DNA of 64,000 nucleotides. Source: an uncultured Nitrospirales bacterium. Lineage in GTDB: Bacteria > Hydrogenedentota > Hydrogenedentia > Hydrogenedentales > CAILVY01. The notes beneath the pieces were generated by a model that was not told the DNA's origin, searched no databases, and worked only from the letters and a program-made list of their open reading frames with translations. Shown here piece after piece: positions 1 to 8,900 of the stretch; the stretch's first letter is position 1; each line of letters opens with the position of its first letter. The stretch spans positions 143,772-207,771 of the forward strand of contig CAYYRW010000006.1 of the NCBI GenBank assembly GCA_964474205.1, in the 5' to 3' direction. Position numbers and translations under genes: made by a program.

Positions 1-1342
1 AATCGCGGTTCACATCCAGGCCGAAGCGGGTCTGATAGGCGAGGTCGAGGTTGACGCGTTGTTTGATCAATATGCCCACCCCCATGGTCACGCCAAAGAA
101 GCTATCGGGTTTCCCGGACCCTTTTTGCATGCGGACAGCCTTTTTATTGTTTTTCCCGGTGGCGGGTTCCTGATCATAAAAGAGCCCGCCGCGCACGCTC
201 CAGAGCTGGTCCATGGTTTCCTGCGGTTCTTTCGGCAGAAAGACATATTCGCCGCCGAGCCGTACGGTATACGTGGGCTTGAAATGGGTTCGTTTCCACG
301 GGAGTTCCCTGTTGCTGAAATCCACGAGGGAAAACTTCCGGCCGCGTTCGTCGGTGACGTAAAAACGGTTCCAATCGGTCCGGGTGACGTCCATCGAGAG
401 CATGAACCGGTCATTGAACCGGTAGGCGGTGCCCACGGCGAATGAAGCGGGAAAAGTCACGTGGCGGCGTTCGTGGGCCCGTTTCCGGGCAATTTTCGAA
501 AAACCCGCGTAATCGCTGGAGGGATACATGATTTGATTGGTCACGCTTTTCTTGAAGTAGTTGACGTTTCCTTTGAAGGAGGAATCATAGCGCAGGCCAA
601 TGCTCCATTTGTCGATGGGATTCCATAATGCGCCGAGGGTGACGTTTTCCCCGGAAAAATCCTCGTAGTATTCCTTGGAGCGGGAATAACCATACCCGGC
701 AATGCCGCTGAACATGGAATGGGAACGTTGCTTGGTGGTCTGTTCCCAGCGGTTTTCATTCAGGAAGGTGCTGCGCCAGAGATTCAGCGCCACGCCCACC
801 GAGAGCCGCTGCGTGATCTCGAAGGCGGCGGCGGGTGTGATGGCGCTCAGGCTGCCGCTTTGCCGGAAATCAAAATGTACGCGGTCCGTAAGTTTTTCAT
901 CGAACCGGTGCCAGTTAAAATTCACGGCGCGCGTGAATTCGTATTTTTTCTGGTAGCTCAGCGAGACGCAAACGTTGCGCCCCAACACCAAAAAGGGCAA
1001 CGGATAGGCTGCGCTGAAAAAGTTGATACCCAGGGTGTCGCTGTAATGCCGAGAATCAAATTCACTGTGCCCCTCCGCCTTCAGAATATCCACCACCCCG
1101 CTGTACTCGCCCACCAGCGAAATCTCCGGCTTCTCCAACTGTACCAGCCCCGCCGGATTCCATGACGCGGCCGTCGCATCGTCCGCCACGGCCACAAAGG
1201 CGTCCGCCATGCCCGCCGCGCGCGCACCGGAACCCACGGGCGAAGGGGAAAGCGAAAACTCCGCCTCCTGGCCCGCGGCCCAGGGCGTCATCAGGAGCGT
1301 GAGCAAGGCCCACGCCGCTATGCTCCGGTTATTTGGTGACAA
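1..1342 (-). CDS. FadL/OmpP1/TodX-family outer-membrane channel for hydrophobic compounds (3' end truncated by the window edge)
   Basis: Reverse translation shows a signal peptide (LSPNNRSIAAWALLTLLMTPWAAGQEA), then GARAAGMADAFVAVADDATAASWNPAGL, the classic FadL-family N-terminal motif. Beta-strand-like text such as DKWSIGLRYDSSFKGNVNYF and FFGVTMGVGILIKQRVNLDLAYQTRFGLDVNRD continues to position 1. The start is probably TTG at 1342; the frame opens after an in-frame TAG. It overlaps the stop of the upstream gene by 14 nt. Confidence 0.7.
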   Translation of the reverse strand, partial: MSPNNRSIAAWALLTLLMTPWAAGQEAEFSLSPSPVGSGARAAGMADAFVAVADDATAASWNPAGLVQLEKPEISLVGEYSGVVDILKAEGHSEFDSRHYSDTLGINFFSAAYPLPFLVLGRNVCVSLSYQKKYEFTRAVNFNWHRFDEKLTDRVHFDFRQSGSLSAITPAAAFEITQRLSVGVALNLWRSTFLNENRWEQTTKQRSHSMFSGIAGYGYSRSKEYYEDFSGENVTLGALWNPIDKWSIGLRYDSSFKGNVNYFKKSVTNQIMYPSSDYAGFSKIARKRAHERRHVTFPASFAVGTAYRFNDRFMLSMDVTRTDWNRFYVTDERGRKFSLVDFSNRELPWKRTHFKPTYTVRLGGEYVFLPKEPQETMDQLWSVRGGLFYDQEPATGKNNKKAVRMQKGSGKPDSFFGVTMGVGILIKQRVNLDLAYQTRFGLDVNRD

Positions 1343-3380
1343 CGTACTGCCCCACTTCTATAGGTAGTTCGGCGGGAGGCTGATTTTCCGCCGGTGGCTT
1401 CATTTCGAGCGTGCAAAATTGCGGCCCCACGCCGTTCACCAGCCCCTCACCGATAATGACGGGTTTGTCGCCCAACACAGCGCCGGTGGTTGGGTCTTTT
1501 ACCGCTTCCGTCCGGTACACAAGGCATTTCAGGCTTTCGCGAAGCCCCTGGTTTTCTTTCAAATCACAGGTGACTTCCGGCGCGGCCCATTCCAGCACCT
1601 TGCCGCGCACACGGGGGAATTCTTGCGTCAACCGCACCCCCAGATCCTCGATCAACCGGCCCAGTTCCTTGTACGGTCCCGCCACATCCACACGCGGCGC
1701 GACCCGCACTCCCGTTTCCGTGCTGCTGCCCTCGAGCACGATCTCGATGGAGTCCTGGTCCCTCCGGATGCGCGCGGCCAGCATCACATCGGCGGGCACC
1801 AGCTTGCCCAATTGCAGCTTTCCTTTTTCCGAGGACAGCGCCGAGGAAAGCTCCTGTTCCGCAAGGATGCTTTTGAGCAAATCGCGGTCGACCAAGGTAA
1901 AACGTTTTTGCACCGTGCGAGCACCCGCCAATTCGCTCAAAATATATTCCGTATCCTGCATCGTTCCCGGATTTTTCGTTTCCGTAACATTTCCCAGAAA
2001 CGCCAATGCAAGCTTCCCTTTTGTCATCTCAATTTCCGTCGGGGAACGCAACACGGTTTTGCGCGCCTCGCCCGAGCGGCCGTTGGAATCCGAGGCCGAG
2101 GCCTGTATCGGGTTCTCTCCCTCTTCCAGCCGCACCCGGCGGCTCAGGTGGACATTCGCACGGCCGGGCACAATGGGAATCGCTTCACCGTTCAAACTGA
2201 CCTTATCAACGACGGTGGTGGTGCGCACGTCCATCGCCACGACAATCTCTTCCATGAAATATTGCTGGCCATCCTGGAGATTGTTCAACGCCACCGTGAT
2301 GGCCCCGCTGGAATCCGGCGTCACCCCCAACACCATCGACAGGCCGGATGCGATCATATTGAGCATTCGCGAACCAAAGGGAAACGGGGAAGAAACATTG
2401 CGCTGTGCCGATGCAGGACCTGGAATCTCGCCCCGGGTGATGTTGCCCAATCCGTCTTCACACTCATACATAAGCGGAGTGGTCATTTCCTGCGCTGGGA
2501 TGTCCAGTACAAACGTGGTTACCCCGTTCTCCCGGGTCAAAGCGGCTTCTTTTCCACCCACCCGGAACGCCTTCACACTGGTCCGGTCAACCGCCGCGCC
2601 CCGCAGCACGCCGGGCAAGGTCAACGGCTCATCAAAACTCAACGCGGGGCCTTCCACATCCAGTATCACCGGCACATGGGCCGCAGAAGATTTTCCAAGA
2701 AGGTCCGTGGCGGTGATCTCGATATCATTCTGCCCCGGTTTCAGCGCCACCTGTTGCCGGAACGAAATACTGGGGCCGGAAACTTTAATATCCACCGGTG
2801 CGCCGTTCACGGCAATGCCCGCCACAAAGGTGTCATCCCGGACGGTCCCGGCCACTTCCAGTTCCATGGCCGAAACCGTGTTGGCGGTTTCCTGGATTTC
2901 GATTACCGGCGGCGTGGCATCGGCCCCGCTCTTTTCCAGCAGCCGTTTGCGCGATTCGTTGAGATAATAGGCAGCGCGCGCCGAAAATCGCTGTTTCAAG
3001 CTGAGTTCGAGTTGGGCGGCACCCGCGGAATACTGGTTTTGATGATAGAGCGCGACGCCCAATTCCCGATGCGGGAAATATTCCGGCACGAAATGCAGAC
3101 CATAGGTGCGCGGCCACAGTTGATCCTTGTTCCGGCCTTTGAGCGCGCTTTCCAGATCGCGCTGCGCCTCCGGGTAAAATCCGCCTTCCAGATAGGAACG
3201 TCCGCGTTCATAATAATTCCACCACCGCCCCCGGAAGCGTCCTTCCGTCACGCCATAACGCACCCCGTCCCGCACAAACTTTTTTTCGTCCTGCCGGGAG
3301 AACACGGCGCATCCCGGCACGAAGGTGGTGAGCAGAACCGCCGCAAGACAGCAGAACACGGTATGGCGGTGAAAATTCAT
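1329..3380 (-). CDS. Lipoprotein-like secreted protein with N-terminal TPR-like region, Ig-like middle and C-terminal CsgG/LpoB-like domain
   Basis: 683-aa ORF. The signal peptide has a lipobox-like end (LLTTFVPGC). The C-terminal region reads FLGNVTETKNP...TLVDRDLLKSILAEQELSSALSSEKGKLQLGKLVPADVMLAARIRR, the CsgG/LpoB-type periplasmic module. The ATG overlaps the kinase stop (ATGA at 3377-3380). Confidence 0.75.
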   Translation of the reverse strand: MNFHRHTVFCCLAAVLLTTFVPGCAVFSRQDEKKFVRDGVRYGVTEGRFRGRWWNYYERGRSYLEGGFYPEAQRDLESALKGRNKDQLWPRTYGLHFVPEYFPHRELGVALYHQNQYSAGAAQLELSLKQRFSARAAYYLNESRKRLLEKSGADATPPVIEIQETANTVSAMELEVAGTVRDDTFVAGIAVNGAPVDIKVSGPSISFRQQVALKPGQNDIEITATDLLGKSSAAHVPVILDVEGPALSFDEPLTLPGVLRGAAVDRTSVKAFRVGGKEAALTRENGVTTFVLDIPAQEMTTPLMYECEDGLGNITRGEIPGPASAQRNVSSPFPFGSRMLNMIASGLSMVLGVTPDSSGAITVALNNLQDGQQYFMEEIVVAMDVRTTTVVDKVSLNGEAIPIVPGRANVHLSRRVRLEEGENPIQASASDSNGRSGEARKTVLRSPTEIEMTKGKLALAFLGNVTETKNPGTMQDTEYILSELAGARTVQKRFTLVDRDLLKSILAEQELSSALSSEKGKLQLGKLVPADVMLAARIRRDQDSIEIVLEGSSTETGVRVAPRVDVAGPYKELGRLIEDLGVRLTQEFPRVRGKVLEWAAPEVTCDLKENQGLRESLKCLVYRTEAVKDPTTGAVLGDKPVIIGEGLVNGVGPQFCTLEMKPPAENQPPAELPIEVGQYVVTK

Positions 3381-5830
3381 TGCGATGAACCGTCCTGCGA
3401 TAGCGGTTCCTGCACATACCAGCCGGTATCCGGGGTATTGCCCAGTTTCGCGGCATCAACGCCCGAAAGAATTACTTTCGAGGTGGAGCCGCCTGGCATA
3501 TCCACGGTTGCCAGGGCCTCTTTCATGGGCGGTGCTTCGGGATCGGGCAACACTTCCAGTTTCATTCCGGGAGTGACGCCCTGCTTTGTGCCAATGTTAA
3601 TCTCCGGGCCGTTCGCCCCCTGGTACACACGGCCCCGCACGGGATAGGCCTGTGCGACGGCGCGCCAGATGGCCCTGGCGGCATCGTCCACCACCTGCTG
3701 TGCATTTTCATGCCCGCCCAAATCCAAGGCGGGCACGGCCACCGGCACGGACGTTTCCACATCATCAATCTTAAAGGTGAGTTTCTCCAGGCCATCCACC
3801 TTGGTTATGCGGCACTGGATCACCAGGCGCGCCCCAACGATTTGGCCCAAACGCAACCGGTTGGCGCCTGAACTCAACATGCCGGAAAGCTCTTGCTCGC
3901 CGAGAATCTCATTGATCAATTCACGGTCCACCAGTTTCATGGAGGTTTCCGCGTCCAAGCGTTCGCCCAGCCACTGAGGCAGCAGGTCCAGCAGGCCCGA
4001 TTCCATCGCAAAACGGCTTTGTTTTGCTTCCACGGGCAACACGAAAAAGCTTAGGGCACGGCTGGTCCACGGATCACTTGCATTCTCCGGCGCCGACTGG
4101 CTATCCATCATCTGACGGATATGTTGCACCGATTGCCGCACTTGTTCACGCCGGGAATCATCCAAGCGGCGCGCAAGTTCCGCCGAGTAAGCCTGCGCCA
4201 CGGCGGAACCATCCGGCACCCCGCTGGCCGCAAGCTGCTCGAAGATGGTTTTGGCGTCGCTGAATTTTCCAAGGCGGTAATACGCCTGGCCGAGGGTTTG
4301 CAGTGCCTCGCCATATTGCCATTTGAATTGAAAGGCTTCTTCCTTGAGCCCCTTCAGCAGACTGGCCGTTTGTTCATATTCATTTTTCATGGCGGCGATT
4401 TGGGCGCGCAGTGAATTTAGGTACTGTGAACCGGCATTGCCCATGCCCGAAAGGACGGATTCCGCGGCTACACCGTCCTTTTCAAACGCCACGGCGGCTT
4501 CGCCTTCCGCGCGTAACAGGGGGTCCGCAATGGGCTTCAACACGGCGGCGGCCTCTTCCAGTTTTCCCTCACGCATCAAGGCCATGCCCAAGCCATACGC
4601 CACGGAAGCATCCTTGGGATTCTCCTTAAGCAATTGTTGATATTCACGCTCCGCACACTCGAGATTCTTCTTTTCCAAACAATCCCGTGCCTTCGCCAGG
4701 GCTGCTCCGGAACGTTTTCCGGGTTCCTCGACAATGCTCGCCGCACGAATAACCAACAGGATGGCGGCGGTGATCAGTAACGCGGTCCCCACCAACACCA
4801 GATACCGCCACCGTTTCTTTGCGGGCGGCGCGGGCGGCGCATTGATCGTAATGGGCGGCACCATTCCCTGACGCTCAATCGCCTGCAACGCCAAGCGCAA
4901 CCGGCGCGCAAACTCTCCCATGGTTTGGAACCGGTTTTCAGGTTTGTGGGCAATGGCCTTCTCCACAATATCGAGAAGGCCCTCCGGGAGATCAGGGCGG
5001 CGTTCCCGCAAGGGAACATGGTCACCCACCCGGATTTTCCGCAGGATTTCCCGGACCCCCGGCGCTTCAAAGGGCCGCCGTCCGCAAATCAGTTCATAGA
5101 GCGTTACCCCGAGCGAAAAAATGTCCGAACGCGCATCCAAGGGATCGCCATCGGCCTGTTCGGGAGACATATAGGGCGGAGAACCGCTGATATCGCCTTC
5201 AATGGTGAAATCAGAGCCGGAAGGCAGGCGTGCAAGCCCAAAGTCGGTGATTTTTGCCTTTTTCGTGTTGGGTTCCAACAGGATATTTGCCGGCTTGATG
5301 TCGCGGTGCATGATACCCTGCTGGTGGGCTTCGTACAAGGCTTCCGCGCATTCCGCGGTGATGCGCAAGGCATCCAACAGTGTCAACCCCTCCGGATTTT
5401 CCTCCAGAAGTTGATCCGCGTTGCCCTCGACGTATTCCAGGACGAAATAACACCGGCCTTTATGTTCGCCCCATTGAAAAATGTCCACGATGGAAGGATG
5501 CTTGCTGAGCGCCGCGATGGCTTTCGCTTCGCGCTCGAACATGGCACGGGCCTTCTCGGACATTTCATGGTTCATGAACTTAATGGCCACCTGCCGTTCC
5601 AGGGCTTCATCCCGCGCCTTGTAAACGGTTCCAAAGCCTCCCGCGCCCAGCTTGTGAAGGATGCGATAGTTGCCAATGCATTCGTTCAGCAACGCGTCGG
5701 ATACTTCGCTGATGGAAATGGAAGGCTCCGAGGCGGCCGCGCTCAATCCTTCCGGCGAATCGGAACTTTCCATATGTGAGGTCGGATCATCCGGCCTTTT
5801 CTTTGAAGAATCATTTTCCCTTTGTGACAT
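3377..5830 (-). CDS. Hanks-type Ser/Thr protein kinase: cytoplasmic kinase domain, one TM helix, periplasmic TPR region and C-terminal CsgG/LpoB-like domain
   Basis: Kinase motifs are present: LGAGGFGTVYKA (G-loop), AIK, HRDIKPANILL, DFGLARL, SPEQ. A TM helix (WRYLVLVGTALLITAAILLVI) is followed by TPR-like repeats. The C-terminal segment KLVDRELINEILGEQELSGMLSSGANRLRLGQIVGARLVIQCRI is paralogous to the C-terminus of the downstream gene. Confidence 0.9.
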   Translation of the reverse strand: MSQRENDSSKKRPDDPTSHMESSDSPEGLSAAASEPSISISEVSDALLNECIGNYRILHKLGAGGFGTVYKARDEALERQVAIKFMNHEMSEKARAMFEREAKAIAALSKHPSIVDIFQWGEHKGRCYFVLEYVEGNADQLLEENPEGLTLLDALRITAECAEALYEAHQQGIMHRDIKPANILLEPNTKKAKITDFGLARLPSGSDFTIEGDISGSPPYMSPEQADGDPLDARSDIFSLGVTLYELICGRRPFEAPGVREILRKIRVGDHVPLRERRPDLPEGLLDIVEKAIAHKPENRFQTMGEFARRLRLALQAIERQGMVPPITINAPPAPPAKKRWRYLVLVGTALLITAAILLVIRAASIVEEPGKRSGAALAKARDCLEKKNLECAEREYQQLLKENPKDASVAYGLGMALMREGKLEEAAAVLKPIADPLLRAEGEAAVAFEKDGVAAESVLSGMGNAGSQYLNSLRAQIAAMKNEYEQTASLLKGLKEEAFQFKWQYGEALQTLGQAYYRLGKFSDAKTIFEQLAASGVPDGSAVAQAYSAELARRLDDSRREQVRQSVQHIRQMMDSQSAPENASDPWTSRALSFFVLPVEAKQSRFAMESGLLDLLPQWLGERLDAETSMKLVDRELINEILGEQELSGMLSSGANRLRLGQIVGARLVIQCRITKVDGLEKLTFKIDDVETSVPVAVPALDLGGHENAQQVVDDAARAIWRAVAQAYPVRGRVYQGANGPEINIGTKQGVTPGMKLEVLPDPEAPPMKEALATVDMPGGSTSKVILSGVDAAKLGNTPDTGWYVQEPLSQDGSSQ

Positions 5831-5901
5831 TTACTCGTCTCTCCATAATCGCCACTCACACCACCCCGTATTGCTCCCTGCAAAGACGGTGTGCGTATTA
5901 T

Positions 5902-8900
5902 CTACCGTTTACCCGTATTTTTCCAGCCCAGTAAAATCATTAGACTCAAACAACCGATGAAAAGGTCACCCAGGAGCCGCTGCCAATCCTTCAAGGTGAA
6001 ATCAGTCTCATTGCATTGGCAACTGAAGGGCGGTTGAACTTCACCCTCGGTTTCGCCCTCCAGTGCGCCCTCCTCCGCGCCTTCGATAATGCCTTCGTCA
6101 TCACCTTCCATGATGCCTTCGAGAACATCCCCCTCGGATGAGCCTTCGGTTTGGCCTTCAACGAGCATGCCCTCTTCTTCGCCTTCGCCTTCAGCTTGGC
6201 CTTCAACGAGCATGCCCTCTTCTTCGCCTTCAGATTGGCCTTCAACGAGCATGCCTTCCGCTTCACCTTCGGTTTGGCCTTCAACGAGCATGCCCTCTTC
6301 TTCGCCTTCGCCCTCGGTCACCCCCTCGCCCTCTTCCGCTGAACCTTCGGAGGGCATGCCTTCCACCGAACCACCCGTAACCGTTACGGAGCCGTTGACG
6401 GCCTGTACGGGAATTTGCGTGCCGTTGAGCTCAGGCGCGATCAACTGGAGGGGAGAGGATTTTCCGGCGGCATCGGCGGCGATTTGGAAGTGAAGCACGG
6501 CCAGGGTGCCCGAACCGCTCAGGGCATAGGCGGAAGATGCGGATATCAGCACTTCACCGGCGAAAGTGTTTAGGTTGGGGGCTCCCCACGAGGAGGTGAG
6601 GCTGCCGTTCTCAAAACTCGCATAGGTGAGCACGGTTTCATCAAAGGTAATGTCCAGGAAATACGCGCGCACATCGGTGGCGTCATCGAGTGCCACGGGT
6701 ACCTCGATTTGTGTTCCAGGCTCCCCGGACAGCGCGGGCAGGGTGAGTTGGCGTTCGCCTATATTCAGCGCATTCTTTGCACTACTTTTGCAGTCCGTAT
6801 CCGGGCCGAACTCGTTGCCATCGCAGTCCGCGGGCAATTGCGCCGTAATGCCCACCTTCCATTGGAGGATGTCCGAGCCGTCCAATTCATTCAGGGCGCC
6901 ATCACCGTTCACATCGGCAGCCTCGGGATAGGCCGGCCGGACCACGCCGGGATACGCCGTGAACTCGGTAATGAGACGCACGCGCCACTGGCCAATGGCC
7001 GAGGCATCCAGCGTGCCCACGCGCGCATCGCCGGTCAACTCACCCCAGCGGTAGCTGCCGCCCGAAGAAGGTTCGAGGGCAATGTCGCGTTCCGTGGCGG
7101 CTCCCGCGCTGACCAGCACATATTCGCTGGCGTCCTGATAGCCGTCCTTGGAGGCCATCAGCATGTACGTGCCTTCCGCCACATTTGGCAGGAAGTATTC
7201 GCCTCTCGCGGTGGTACTCATTGAAGTCCCATTCGGGCTAATCGTCACTTCCGCGCCTTCCACCGGCGTACCGGTGGCGAGGTCCTTGATCACGCCGGTA
7301 ATATAGCCGGGGAGGGCGGGATTATGATTGTCCACGATGAAGTGCCGCACCATGGAACCCGTGGGGCTGGCGCCATACACATCCACGGGGATCACACGCC
7401 AATAATAGGTTTGACCGTCTTGCAGGCCGCTCATGGATACCGCCGTTACCGAGATCCCTTCTTTGAACCTTAATCCGGTGCTAAAGGAGTCATCCTCGGC
7501 AATCTCCAGGCGGTAGGTCAACGGATCGCCATCCGGGTCGGTTACGGAAGTCCACGCGAAGAAACTTGTGCTGTACACGCTCATCCCGTCACCGGGATAA
7601 TTCAGCGTGGTGAGGGTGGGCGGACGATTGGTGGCGGATTGCCGGTAGATGGTCGTCATCAGGAAGGAACTGGTTTCCTTGGTAACGCCGTCCTGCACAT
7701 AGTAGAACACATTGTAAGTGCCCGGCGCGTCAAAAGTGGTTCCGAAGGTTTCCCATCGGAAATACCCGGTGTCCAAATTGGAGATGGCGGTCTCATAGTC
7801 GAACGAGGGCAGATCAATGTATTTCTGCGAATCTTCATTCGCCGGGTCCACCGTGGTGGAACCCGCATATTCGGGCGTTTTCACCTCGATCCACGCGGTA
7901 TGGCCCGTCGCCGGGATATCCGTGGCTTTTGCGAACAACTGCCCCACGGGATCCGCCGGACCCAGCATCAGGGTTTGTGTGGAGGTGATCCACCCGACGG
8001 AACCGGTGGCGTTCACGCCATAACCCAGCACCATTTCATGGGCCAGCGAACCATCATTGCCGGAGGCAAACGCCAGGTGTCTCGCTTCGCTTCCTGTGCC
8101 ATCCCCGTTGTCATCCAATAGCGGATGTTGTTTGAACAGGGCGGAAGCTCCATTGCTTTTGGTGGCGGTGTAGGTCAGGGTCTTGTCCGTGGCGCGTTCG
8201 AAGGATTCTTTTAAGGTTTTGCCTTCCCGCGCATTGCGGAAAAATTCGGTGGTGAAGGCTTCGCCGTCCCGCACCAAGCCCAGTTTTTCCAGCACGCCGC
8301 GATGGGACACTTCATTTTTCGAGGTGCTGGTAATCACCACGCGATTCGCCCCAGAGACCGCCTCGACGAAGCTTCCCGAATAACACGAACCCATAACAAG
8401 CGCCACCTTCTGGTTGCGCGACGCCGTGTTCAGGCTGGCTTGCAGGAAGTTCAAATACCCCGCCAATTCCGACGGCGTGATGTACCGGGTCTCATTGTAA
8501 CTGCCGGAATATACATAGAATTTACTCGGGCCGCCATGATCGATCAGCACGATATACAAGGGGGCGGGGGAGGTGTTCATTTGCGTTACGGCCCAATTCT
8601 GTATGGCCCCCGTCACATCCGCCTGGGACGGCGTGCGATCATCCACAAAAATATCCGCCGCCGGTTGCGCCGGGCCTTCGCGGAGGTAGTAAATGTCTTC
8701 GTGGGCAAAACCCCGGTCGCGGAATGCACGATAGACATAATCGCCGGTTTTGCGATGTTCGTCCATTCCTTCGCCGGTGGCGTCCAATTTTCCCACCACA
8801 ACGATGGCGTAGCCGGCCTTGTCTTTGACCGTCAAGCGCACGGATTCGGGCTTGTCGTAACCTTCCGACGTGGTGGCCAGCAGATTTTGACTGCCCTCAA

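Noticed and set aside
1419-3647. 742-aa plus-strand ORF (and 1411..2967, 518 aa) overlapping the minus-strand lipoprotein gene
   Set aside because: The sequence is low-complexity, Arg/His/Gly-rich text typical of antisense frames in high-GC DNA (HRHDNLFHEILLAILEIVQRHRDGPAG...). The opposite strand encodes a protein with signal peptide, TPR, Ig and CsgG-like motifs.
4925-5779. 284-aa plus-strand ORF antisense to the kinase domain
   Set aside because: No motifs. It lies in the frame opposite the unmistakable Hanks kinase motifs (HRDIKPANIL, DFG).
6089-6493. 134-aa Ser/Pro-rich plus-strand ORF (MPSSSPSMMPSRTSPSDEPSVWPSTS...) and the other short ORFs at 6138-6380
   Set aside because: They are the antisense reading of the acidic EGMLVEGQ tandem repeats. 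The repetitiveness is inherited from the DNA repeat, not evidence of a gene.
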